A DNA stretch of 64,000 nt, taken from NCBI GenBank assembly GCA_016748015.1, contig JAAOMT010000400.1, positions 62,001-126,000 of the forward strand. Direction: 5' to 3'. Under the pieces are notes generated by a model. It was not told where the DNA came from, made no database searches, and worked only from the letters and a program-made list of their open reading frames with translations. How positions within the stretch are numbered: position 1 is the first letter of the stretch; each line of letters opens with the position of its first letter. Shown piece after piece: positions 50,904 to 63,300 of the stretch. Position numbers and translations under genes: made by a program. This DNA is from Geosiphon pyriformis uo1. Lineage: Eukaryota; Fungi; Glomeromycota.

Positions 50904-53854
50904 AATGTTACAGGTGATTATTTCTGCTGTTGATGTAAATAACAAACCCATAACTTGGTGCTCAAAAGCTACTTTCATTGATGCTGTTCTGAAGATGTTG
51001 TATTTGAAGGTTTTGATGGAGTCCTTTGTATAATAGACAGAGATTCAATAGTGTTGATAGTAAATGTATCTTTCCAAAAGTTTTCCCAATTTCTTTCTCA
51101 GTGTGGTGGCTGGATTTAGTCTGGCAGTCATGCCCTTCTGGTAAGCTATCCAATAATATATAAAATCCTACCCTTATTTCTGGGTCTTTTACCAGGCTAT
51201 CCTTGACGTTAATAACTCAGTGTTTAATTTTTTAATCAATTAGTATACACAACAGTCAAATCAAATAAAATAAAGAAAAGAAATAAAAGAAAATAAAGAA
51301 AGAAAAGAAATAAGTCCGGGTGGTTTGGCAGATTAGTATTCTGTCAATAGCTGTGATCAAGAGCTATTGTTCTAGTGTGGTTAAGTATCAATTACTATCA
51401 ACATGAAGTGTTGATAGTGGAGAGTGGATTGAGATATGTAATAATTATTTATTTGATGATTTTGTTTCTTGGCTAAGAATTCTGTGGTATCGATTCTGTC
51501 TTTTCTGTTTCTAACACTACTGCTATATATACATAATTGGAATTTCTCAATTTCTCGATTCTTCACAACAGGAATCCTGGAATTTCTGGAATTCTGCAAT
51601 TCCTTTAAGAGGAATTCTGGAATTCTGGAATCCTGCAATTCCTGAGAAGAATTCTGGAATTCCACATTTACTACACTTATTTCTGATTGGCTAATAGTTA
51701 TGCTAATATATTTCTTATATTTTTATGAGTAACAGCGACTATTACTGCTATTTCTTTTGTAGTGTATTGTGATAATTCTCTATACAATCCAAGTTTTGCG
51801 TCGTGTGGTTTTTCTTCCTTTTCTATATGATAATTTATTCTGGCATTAATATAATAAGTGAGAGCAGATTTTGCTAGACAACACTTTTCTGGTAATCCAA
51901 GATCACTTTGATTTTGTGTGTAAATAGCATAGCAGAATTCAAGAACAGTAAGGTTAGGGGGTTTTGTTACCACTTTTGTCTCTTCCTTTTTAACAATGAA
52001 TTATTGCTAATTATTATTTCCTTTTTGATTTTTTTTTCTCGTAGGGTTTACCAAATGTTACAGGATGGTCTTCTTGTTATATTTAATTGCTGATATCCCA
52101 TTTTACTTGCAATCAGTCTTTCGTGAGTTCCTTAATTCTATTTGTGTGATAATGTCACTGTTATACTAAAGGCTTTCTTTTTAATGTCAAATGTAAGTTA
52201 TTCCTCAATTCCTGATTGTTGTGTGTATTTATGTACTCTTTCTCAGAGGCTGAACTGAAATTTACCCACTGTTTGGAGTCTTCTCTGAGGCTATCCTTGC
52301 AATTGCCTGATGTGTTTTTTTAATCTAGAAACACAGAATGTTAATGGTCTTTAGTGCTTTTCTTAATTCTTACAATAAAGCTTTTATCAATTAGTAACAA
52401 CGTGAATAATCTTGATCAAGGATTATTCTTCCAAGGGATTCAGCTGATGAATGATAGTTTCATTCAATAAATAATACAAGTAAGTTTCTTAATACTTTGG
52501 GTTGTGATAATTTAGTTTTAAATATTCTTTTTCATTTCTTTTTGATTTAAAGGTTTCTTGGGATATTTAATTTGAAAGTATGATTTAAAGTGGAGTTTGT
52601 TGGATAAAATTGGATCTATTGCTTAATAAATTATGATTTTTATTACTTGATTGTCTTTTCTCAATATTAAAGCTACTGTATATATACATGTTTGTAGTTC
52701 TACAAGAAAACACATTGTAATACTTTTTTTTTGATATTTTAACCTGGTGTTTGCTGCTATCATCAGTTGGTGTTGGCTGCTATTGTGAACTGGTGCTTGT
52801 CACTATTGTGAAATTATGTTTGCTACTATGTTAATCATTACCTTTCTAAGATTATTACTGTGCTATATTATGATTGAATAGTTTGTATTATTTTTATGAT
52901 TCTTTTGCTAAATTCTTAAACTGTAACAGTGTTTAGGAATTAACATAGGGCTTTGCTATATACTTTATCTGTTGGCACTATTGTTCATGATTTGTCTGGT
53001 TTGCTTGAATCATATGATGGGAAAACTTGTTTTATTGGTTGCAATCCTAATTCTTATGTCCATGACAGATGTGCTGTAGTTTGTTTTGTTGATGAAGCAT
53101 CCAAGTTGGCTGTAATTGATTCTGTTCTAGTTTTCAAGGGTGTGAGCTTGCAGTGAACTGGTCTTTCTTTGGCTTGTTGTGCCAAATATGAACAATTTGG
53201 TCATGTTTCTAATGTGTATTCAATTGGTGGGAATTCTGGTGTTCATAATAAGCGGATGGTAACTCCTCAAGATTGAGTTTGATTGGCAAACATATATAAA
53301 AAGAAGTGAGTTCCAATCGTTTGCCCAGTTTCTTTTGGTGGGAAAACTTGGGCCCAAGTGGCTAAAAGTCTTTCTTCTTAAGTGGTTTCATCGGATTCTT
53401 CTGGTGTTAATATGTCTCCAGGTGCAAAACCTGTCCCATTAGTTTCAAATTCTCTTGGTGATTACTGTTTGGTTGAGCAATTGGCTTTTTTGGAATGCTC
53501 TTTGGAGCTTTTAACAGATCAGGTTTCGAATGTTTTAAAAAAATTGAGTTTCGTGGAATTGGTGCCTCTGGTGTCTGGTCTCCATGCATCTCTTATGGTT
53601 GTTGCCACTCTTGTTGCCACTAATGTAGACTTAGATATGGCTATAAATAATACAGCTGTGTTGTCTCCTCCCCCTTTGTTAGTTGTTGTTGACTTGGTTA
53701 CTGATCTTAGTTTGAGTAATTCTAAGGTTTTGACCACCAAAGTGGGTGAATTGGAATCCAAGATGGTGGCTTTGGAGCTGTCAGTTGAATCTGTTTTGGA
53801 AAAATTGAATTGTTTGTGCTCTGATCTGGGATCGTCAACTTCTCTTCTTCCCCA

Positions 53855-56800
53855 ATGAGTAACTTTGTGTGGAAATTTGTGATGTGTAATGTTCATGGTG
53901 TCAATGTCTCTGCCAAGCAGAATAATGTTATCTGTTGGCATAAAAATTCTGGAAATTTGGTTTTGATAATTACTAAAACAAAGCTGAGGTCAGGTAGCAG
54001 ACCTTGAATTAAGGATAGGTTCGATGGAATCAGAGTTTTTTCATCTGGGTTAGATAAAGGGTTTCTGGGTGCTGGGGTTGTAATTAATATGAACTCTTCT
54101 TTGGCTCATCATGTTAGTAAGATTTCTGAGGTGCCTGGTCAGCTTTTTTTAGTCAAGCTGTTATTTAAAAATAAACTTTCTGTGTCTATTTTGGGGCTTT
54201 ATGCTGAAGCATCTCTGGCTGTTCGATTTTCTCAAGCTTTTGATATCAATTCTATGATAGCAAAAGCAATCAATGAATCTTCTTTTGTGGTTCTGGGTGG
54301 CAACTTCAATAAAAATGGCTCTCAAAAGTGTGCTAGTTTCAAAAAATGTCTGGATCTTGGTTTGGTTAATTCTTTGGATGGAAGTTCTTATGTTAAAAAG
54401 TCCACATGAACTAACTCTTGGGGTGTGGCTAAGACTATCGATTTCTTGTTTATTTTTTCAAACTTGGTCAATGCTATGGTGGATTGCGAGATGTCTGATG
54501 TTGGTGAATTTTTTGATACTGACCACTGAGCTGTTTTTATGTCTGTTGGTTTGAGTGAACTTTTGGACAAATGGTTGAATTCTCTTCGCAAGCATGCAAA
54601 TAGGGATTGGTGGAAGTTCAATTTCAAAAATGCTGGTGTTGATAAGTGGAATGATTTTAAGGATGCCATGATTGCTAACACAACAATGTTCTTAAATGAA
54701 TTTGCTACTGCTTTAAGGTTCTCAGACTTGGACACATTGTGAGATGTTATTTAAAAAATTATGGTGTTTTTAGCTAATGAAGTATTCAAGAAAAAATGGT
54801 TTAAGGACAATAATTGTATCTTCACCAAGGGGTCTTTGAGATTTCACAGATTGGAACTTTTGGTTTCAAAGATTGTTAAGGCTTTTTGTGGAGGTGTTAT
54901 TGGTAGTTTTGTTTCTCTTATGAAGTGTTGGTGTTCTTTAGATGGAGCTAAGGCTTTGATTGTTCAGGATTTGGTAGACTCTGATGCATCTTTTAATTGT
55001 ATTCACTCTGCTCTCTCTGGAGCTAAGAAATTTTATTGTGCTTTGAAACTGGCGGAATCTTTGAAAGCTAAAGAGGGGAACATTAAATCTGCTATTGGCA
55101 AGAGGATGGAGAGCTTTAAGATAGATAAAGGCCATACTATCAAAAGTATGTTGGAGCGTCCTTTTCACAAAGTGGTGCTTGACCATTTGGTTGTTGATAA
55201 TGAGCTGGTTTTGAAGCCTAGTTTGGTTAAGTCTAAGGTTGATTCAGTTATGAGAAGTTGGACCCAAAGGTGTCAGACAGTTCTTGATGTTTCTGATAAT
55301 TGGTGTTAGCAGTATCGGCCCTTGGAACACATTTTTAATGGGGCTTTTTCTGGTGTGATGTGTTTAATTGATTTTGATGAATTTTTTAAGGTGGTTTTTA
55401 ATCTGTCTGATGGCAAAGCTGCTGGTCTTTTGGGTATCTCAAATGAACTTTGGAAGCATTGTGACAAATCTGTTTTGGACATGCTCTTGGTGCTTCTAAA
55501 CTGTTGCTTGTCTAATGAATCTGTTCCAAATCCTTGGAAAAAAGCCTGGGTCTCAATGATTCCCAAACCATATGAGTAAAAAGGTGTTTTGACAAATACT
55601 TATCTTATTGCTTTGATTAAAACAGCTTGTAAAATTCTCTCTAAGATCCTTTCTAATAGAATTTCCTCAGCTTGCAGTACTTTTGATGTTCTTCATGATA
55701 ACAATTTTTCGGTTTTGAAAATTACAATGACTTAGTCTCCTATTTTTGCAATTGGATCAGTTATTGAAGATGCTTTGGAGAAAGACTGAAAGCTGTGGCT
55801 GGTTTTACAGGACATGTGGAAGGCATATGATTCTGTTGGCTGGAATCATCTTAAGAAAAGTTTGGTCAGAATTAAAATGTGTAACAGATTCATTCAATTT
55901 TTTGGTAATATTCATAAGGGTTGTACCAACTGGGTCATAACAAATTTTGGTTTGACAAATGGTTATTGTGTGTATGATGGTTTGAACCAAGGTGAAGTTT
56001 TTTCCCCCCTTCTATAGTGTGTATTTTATGATCCTCTGTTGTGTAAAGTTAAGTGCCAAGAGAGTATGTGTGGATACAAGATCAATTCTCATTTTATCTC
56101 CAAGAGTGGTCATACTGAATCTTGGGCTGAATTTTCCTCATTTTTTGCTGCTGGTGCTTTTGTTAATGATACAATTTGGGTTGGTAGCAGTCGAAATGCT
56201 ACTCAACACATTTTTGATGTTGCTAGTGATTTTTTCTGAATTAATAACATTTCTATTAATAACAAAAAAACAGTGGTCATTCCTATCAATAGCAGAATCA
56301 GCAACCTATCTCTTTTTATAAGTGGCTCTCCCATCACTATTGCCAAAAAAGGGGAATCTCATTGGTATTTGGATATTTTTCTTTTGACTGAGAGTCTTTC
56401 AAAGCCTAGCTTGGCCAGGGCGCATTCGGATGTCAGATTTTTTATAAATCTGGTTCTGAAAAAAGCTGTGTCAGATAAATAGTTCTTATATTTAGTGTTA
56501 GCAGTTCTTCATTTTATTGTCAACTACAGAACACAGTTTAGCTTTATTTCTGTTGGTGTATACAACAAATGGGACACCTTGATCCATAAAGACTTGAAGC
56601 TCAAGTCTGGTCTGCCACTTGACTTTCCTAGTAATACCATTCACCACCTTTCCTTTTATGGTTTGAAATTTTTTTTGCAAATTCAGTCTAAAAGTAAGAT
56701 TGCTTCACTTGTTGACTTTGTGAACTCTGGTGGAATTTTGGGTCAATTGTTTTCTCACCAGTCTCATGATCTACAAGTTTGGTGTTGGCACCCTGTTCAT

Positions 56801-57312
56801 CCATTGGTCTCTTCTGTTCATACTCATGTCAGTGTTTCTAATAATTTTCTGGCAGACATGGTTTATATTTTTCTTGATTGTAATTTATCTCTGAGTGATC
56901 TTTTGGCTAGTTCTTTTTGGTTTCGTGATAGAACGTCCATGTCTGCTGTTCTGGGTGAGTCAAGGTTTATCAAATTTCTTCCTTCTCTTTGGCAGTATGG
57001 TATTGCATATGTGGAGTAACTTCGAGATCATCATGGTGTTGTCTTTGATTAGTATATTTTTAAGTGATGGAAAAGATTAGACTCCTGTGGCTTTGTTTCT
57101 GATTGGTTCAAATTGTCTACTGCATTTTTCAACAGTGTATCTGTCTCTTCAATTTGCCCTGTGGCTTTGTGTGGTACTGGTCCTTTGAACATTCTTGAAT
57201 TCAGTGACTATGTGTCTATTTGCGACCATCTCTCCCAAGTTGATGCTAGCGTGTTATCTGTGTACACTGATGGATTCTTGAAGGACTTTGGAACAGTCAA
57301 CTGTAGTGCCAG
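53855..57312 (+). pseudogene. LINE-b ORF2 (APE-RT-start of RNase H)
   Basis: MSNFVWKFVMCNVHG; LGGNFN; KTIDF; DTDH; QDMWKAYDSVGW; GLNQGEVFSPLL; AFVNDTIW; VYTDG. Confidence 0.9.
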
Positions 57313-60300
57313 TATTACAGATGATTATTTGGGGTCTCAAGTCAAATAACAAATCCGTAACTTGGTGCTGGATTGGTACTTTGGTGTTGATATCTGAAGG
57401 TTTTGTTGTGGAGTCTTTTGTATAATAGACAGAAATTCAAGTATTGTCTTTCCTGTAGCCTTCTGGAATTGCAATTCTGTCAAATTTTTTTCTCAGCATG
57501 GTGGCTGGTAATCTTGGCAGAGATGCCCTTCTAATAAGCTATCCTTAAATTCTCAATTCCTATACTCTTCCTTTGGGGTCTTTTACCAGGCTATCCTTGA
57601 CATCAATAATTCAGCACTTAATTTTTAATCAGTTTAGTAAAACCAACAAAATGACAAAACAAAGAAAATAAAAAAAAGAAATAAGAAAATAAATGAAAGC
57701 AATTGTAAGTTAGTATCCCATCAATAGCCATGATCAAGAGCTATTGTTCTCATGTGGTTAAGTATCACTTACTATTAACATGAAGTGTTGATAGTGGAAA
57801 GTAGATTAAGATGGTGAATAATTATTTATTAATATTTGTGAATGAAAGGTTGCTTAAATCAAATCTAAACTGAGAGGTCCCCTTTTCTACTTCTAATGCT
57901 ACCACTATATATACATAATTTGGGTTCTATGAAATTGCTCACATTCCAAGCAATGTGCTATAATTTCTCAAGCAATGATCACATTGCTAAGCAATGTGCT
58001 GTATTTTCTTGACATTGCTCCACATTGCTAAGCGATATGCTGTGATTTCTAATATTGCTCCACATTGCTGAGCAATGTGCTCACGTGCTAACTACTATTC
58101 TCCTATTGGTCTCCTATTTTCTTATATCTGTTTTCTTTTTCTATGAGTAACATTATCTCCTCTTTTTTAATATTGAGCTTTGTCAAAATCTTTGTTTTGA
58201 ATTAATTCTAATACTTTTTTTTCAAGTATTGTTTGTTTAACTCTGTTTCTTATGTCTTTTACTTGTGTATTGTTCATTCTTCCCCATTGGTTAATGGTTA
58301 TGGTTTCCATGTCAGAGTGTAATAGTATTTCTGGATAGTTTCGAAATATGTTGTGTAGTCAGTACATTGTTCTAACATGTAGTGTTGAATTCATTTTCTT
58401 TCCGATAAATTCTTTAATTTGTTGTATTATGTCTCTTTGTTCTTTTTGAGATAATTTCTTCTTGAACAATTGAGTCTTTATATAATGTTGTAGTTGTTGA
58501 TATTTTTGTATATTCATCTTTTGTTATATTTTTGGGTTAGAATGTTTTTAGATTTGTCTCATTCATGACAATTCATCAGTATTTCTATTATCTTTTCCCT
58601 TTTTATAATGTACTGTATAGTTAAATGGTGAAAGTTCTATTTTCCATCTGACATGGCAATTGTTTGCAAATTTTTGTTTCTGAATTATAGTCAGTCTCTT
58701 GTAATCTGTGTATATTTTAAACTTTTGGCTCAAGTATTCTCTCTATTTTATGACTGCCCAATAGATTGCTAAATGTTCCAGTGCTGGAGTTCTATAGTTC
58801 TTTTCAGCTGGACTTAAGCTTCTACTGGCATAAACTACTAGATGTTCTCTTCCATTTGGTCTTTTCTGCGATAATACTGCTTCTAATCTTTGACCTGATG
58901 CATCCGTAGTGATGATAAATGGTTTGCTGTGGTCTGAATACATCAACACTGGAGCTTAAATAAGCTTTCTTCTTAATGTGTTGAATGCTTTTTGTTGAGC
59001 TTCAGTCTATTCATACTTTATATTCTTAGTTTGTAGCTGGTGAAGTGGCTGTGCTAGTTTGGAAAAGTCCTTGATAAAATGGCAATAATAGCCTGCAAAT
59101 CCCAAAAATGTCCTTAGTTCTGGCAAGTTTGTTGGTACTGGAAAGTTTTTTACTATTGCGATCTTATCTGGATCCATTTTGATACCATCTTTGTTTACAA
59201 CATGTCTCAAAAACTTGAGTTCAGTTTTTTCAAAGAAACACTTCATTGTATTTAGTTTCAATTCGGCTTTTCTTAGTCTTTCAAACACCTGCTGAAGGTG
59301 ATGCAGATGATCATCAAATGTTTTTGAGAATACATTGGTGTTATCTAAGTATACAATTACTGATTTCTATAGTAGTTCAGTATATATGATTTCCATGAGC
59401 CATTGAAATGTTGCTGGAGCATTTATCAAGCCAAATGGCATGAACTTCAAATTCAAAATTCTCTTTTCTTGTTGTAAATACAGTCTTTTTTTTGTTGGCT
59501 GAATTCATGGCTACTTGCCAATAGCCACTATCTAGATCCAGTGTCGAGAACCATTTGTTTCCTCCAAAAGCATTGAATAGTTCTTAGATCTTTAAAGTTG
59601 GGTAGCTGTCTCTCTTGGTTACTCCATTCAATTTCTGGTAATCTACACAAAAGTGAATTTTTCCATTCTTCTTCCAGACTAGTATCACTGGTGATGACCA
59701 TGGACTTATTGATGGCTGAATTAGCCCATTGTCAAGCATCCAATTGATTTCTTAATGAAAAATCTCATGGCTAGCTGGTGGTACTTTGTATGCTTTTTGT
59801 TTAATTGGCATTGCATCTCCAGTTTTGATTTGATGCTGGATAATGTTGGTGTGGCCAAATTTATTTTCACTAGCAAAGATGTCATTAAAGTTGCTGAGTA
59901 ACATCTTTAGTTGCATCTGTTGGAATGGGTCTAAATTTCCCATATTTATCTGTTCCAATTGTTCTGGTTGGAGCAAATAGCATTCACTTTGTCCATAGAT
60001 GATTTGTGATGTGATGTCCACATATCCACACAGTTGTGGAAAATCTGGAATGTGGTTTGGTGGTTAATCCTCAACTTCAGTGGTTAAATATCCAATAATG
60101 ATTCTCTTTGGTATTTCAATAACATTTTCAGTTGTGTTGTGGATAGAAATTTTAATATTTTTGGAACTATTGGTTGAGATGTAAAGATTAGTGAGTCCAA
60201 TCTCTCCTGATTCACAAATGGTGGCTTCTGTTTTAAACAATTGAACTTGATCCTTCACTTTTCTTTTTATGGCTAACATATACTGGTTATATGATGGAAT

Positions 60301-63300
60301 GGAAATTGCTTGATGAGTTGAGATAATTTCTCCTTTGTCAACAATTTTTTTCTCTGCCATATTGACTGGTATATCTATTCTACTCATTGATCCGAATTCC
60401 TGTATCCCTCTAGCTGTAATTCCTAATTCCTCTCTGTTTCCCACTAACACTAATTGAGCTATTTTCACCAGAGGTAAGAATATTGCCTGTGCTATTTTTT
60501 CATTTGAATCTATGGTATATGCCTTTTCTGAATCATTTTGTAGCATAGTAATGATATTTTCTATGTATCTTGTGTCAATTATTCTTCCTCTAATGTTAAT
60601 TCTCTTTTTTGCTAAACTACTTCTGGATGCTAGTTGAACTATTGTTGCTGGAATTTCCAGTACTATTTTCAGATCGATGCAAGTGTGCCAATGTGGTTCC
60701 AATTTGATGAGATCTTTTTCTGGATATTTTAGATCAAATCCTGTATCAGTATTATGTATGCATTCTGGCATAATATCTTTATTATTATTGCTGAACTATT
60801 TTAGTTCCTGCTTCTTGGTGAGGTCAGAGAGTGTAATATATTGTTTGTAGTTTGAATTGAAGTTTGAATCTGAGTTGAAATTGTTGTCATTGTTATTGCC
60901 ATTTTGAACAGAGCTGGAACCGTTATTTTTGTCATCATCATTGTCAAAGTCTAAATTAGAATTGGAAACTGATTCTGATTCTGATGCACAGCTGCTGATT
61001 GGTTCTTTTTTCTTTGGGATTGTGTAGATTATGTGTGGTGGTGGATTGTAAATGAGGTCATACTCATTACAATATTGGAAGTCACAGGGAATTAAACAAT
61101 GGTCACATAGTCGAGTATTGATTTCTTTCAACCATTGCTTTTGTTCCTCTCTAGTGGGTGCTAATTCCTGGTAGTGTTCGTAGAATTGTTCTGGATTTAG
61201 TAAATTTATGACTGGTTCTGGGTCTCAGTCAAGTTCTATGGATTCAGATGGGTTGTTTTTAATTGTTTTTATTTCTTCTGGAGTTGCTCCTTTGATTTTG
61301 GCAAGTGCCATTCACCAGATTTTGTCATTATTGTGTGGACATCCATCCAGATGTTTGATGGCTCATCTCCAGGTGGTGTCTATAAGTGTTTTTTTTCTTA
61401 CTCAGTTGCTTATCAGAATTGTGTATTGACATGATTTGTTGCACATTCTTTCTTGCCCAGAAATGTTGTTTCACATTCTTTTGTCCAGAAGAGTTTCACC
61501 ACAAGCCAAGCATGATTCATTGTCCTATTTCTTTTTTTATTTTGGACATCCAAAGCATTCTATAATGCACACACAGCAATAAAATTTGTTACTGTTGAGT
61601 ATTTCTTATTGTCACCACAACATGCACCCATTAATGACAATTTCTTGTCACAATTGACACATATGAGTTTTGGGCAATGATAGCTTGATTGTGGTGTTTT
61701 GTACATATATGTAAGGTAAATAGGGGTTGGTATAGAATTTTTTTCTTTCTCTTTTCCTTTTCTTTTTATTTTATTCTCTTTTCATTCTCAAGTTGTTAAT
61801 AATTTGTCCTGATTGTTATGGATTTCCCAGTTTTGGTCAGCATTCCAGGTAAGTTCTTTTCTTTTCTTTTTTTTTCTGTTATTGTCATTTCACAAAGGTA
61901 CTGGCAGCAGCTCGTTGTGTTTTTCGCTGGCTCAGGACACTTAATAAGCTTCCCAGATAGGTTTTTCTTTTTCTTCTTTGAACTCTATAAGTGGAGCTGT
62001 CGAGTTGGTGGTCATGAAGTGGCCACACGTGGCTGGTACATGTGTGTGTCATCCGTTCTGGCTGATTTGAAGCTCCTGTGTATTCCAATCAAGTGATGTA
62101 TTGGTTTTAGATAACCAATCATTACCAATGAGTGCTTGGTATTGGGTGGCTTCCATGACTAATACTTTGATTGATACAATAATGCCATTGACTTCTATAG
62201 AAAAGTTATCAATCTCACCAATAGAAGTTTTGGTTGCTCCATTGGCAGTTATAATTCTGGTGCTGGCAGTGCAATCAACTTGGTGACCTAATTGGTCCAT
62301 GAGTTGTTTTGTAATAATGCTGCCAGCTGATCCACTATCTAGGATCAGTTTGATGGAGTGGCCATCGACTTTGGCATTAGTGTACATAGTAGTGATTGGT
62401 TTGGTGTTTAGAGTGGCTCTACTGAATAATAAAACTGGTGTGGTTTCTTCAAGTTTGAATGGAAAGATTGCTGCTAGTGATTCATTGTTGGTGATAGTGG
62501 CTGGAGATATGTTGTTGGTGAATGATTGTTTTTGGTTGGTTTCTAGATTATTGGGTGGGGCGTCTTCTGGAATAACCAGAAGACTTAAATAATTCTGGGA
62601 ATTCGGGTTTTGGACATACCCAGTGTCTGAATTCCATGGTCGAGATTCTGATAGTTGTGTCATGGAACTGGAGATTGGTTAATAGACTACTATTGACGAT
62701 CTCTAGCTTTGCTGTGTTAATCTCAGTCTTTGAGTTCTGTTTTGAGGTAAGTTCTATGGCGGTATTTGATATTGTTGGGGCAAATAATTTACCTGAAACT
62801 GCAGCTGATAATTGGGTTAGAACTGTAGTTGATAAATTGCTGCTGGAGGCTAATAAACTGGAAATGAGTATAATTGCTGTGTCATTGGTGTTTAATATAT
62901 TGGCTGTATCATAGGTAGGTAATCTTGTTGATATAGAGCTGGATTTGATTGATTACTGATGTAATTCTGAGTTTGTAGTCAGTGATCAGAGTTTCGATAC
63001 TGATTAACTGATCTCTGGTTACTTATCTTTTTTCAACATTCAAATTGCAAATGTCTTTGTCTACCACAATAATGGCAAATATGTGTTTTCTGCTGCCATT
63101 GTTGATTGGTCAAGAATGTTGGACAAAACTGATTCTGGAAACAATCCATGTTTCCAGAATTATTGCGTCATTGTGGTGATTGATATATTGTATAATTGTC
63201 AGCGAAGTATCTTTCCAATTTCTGATTAATTGAATCACTGAATTGTTTCAATTTGGAATTCAATTCAGATGATCCATTTATGACCAGGTTTATGGTTTGA

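Larger units (their letters stand above)
41710..51734 (-). mobile_element. Ty3/Gypsy element C (full length, best preserved), nested in gag of D
   Basis: LTRs 41710-42538 and 50906-51734; PBS 50886-50903; PPT ~42539-42553; TSD gtgg/gcga (ancestral GCGG). Confidence 0.96.
36235..51973 (-). pseudogene. gag-PR-ZnF-dUTPase-RT-RNaseH of D, split by C (51973-51735 and 41709-36235)
   Basis: ARLTDFSGEE capsid; IKLILDS protease; dUTPase VIDFGYTGN, IAQAIF; RT LLDD; RH ATDASGTGLGAIL..NANCLSR. Confidence 0.92.
33236..52928 (-). mobile_element. Ty3/Gypsy element D (full length, decayed), contains C
   Basis: LTRs 33236-33993 (cut by the assembly gap) and 52056-52928; perfect TSD gtgt (33232-33235, 52929-52932); PBS TGGTAAACCCTACGAG at 52038-52053. 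Confidence 0.95.
32209..53858 (+). pseudogene. LINE-b ORF1 (RRMs plus CCHC), split by element D (32209-33235 and 52933-53858)
   Basis: DLPKLAVKSVFSKFGKIVSI..KALVEFES; LLYTLSVGT..CAVVCF; decayed knuckle CAKYEQFGHVSNVY. Confidence 0.85.
32056..57312 (+). mobile_element. Second LINE (LINE-b), 5' end apparently intact; own parts ~32056-33235 and 52929-57312; interrupted by D/C and by E; 3' end outside the window
   Basis: ORF1 rejoins across the TSD gtgt (KQS*V|FRN*HRALLYTL); ORF2 APE-RT continues to the start of RNase H (SVYTDG). Confidence 0.92.

Noticed and set aside
52441-52470. CTGATGA plus hairpin as a hammerhead ribozyme
   Set aside because: No GAAA after stem II and no stem I/III with an NUH site found.
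57930-58090. CRISPR-like palindromic repeats
   Set aside because: No unique spacers, no cas genes, and they lie inside an LTR U3.
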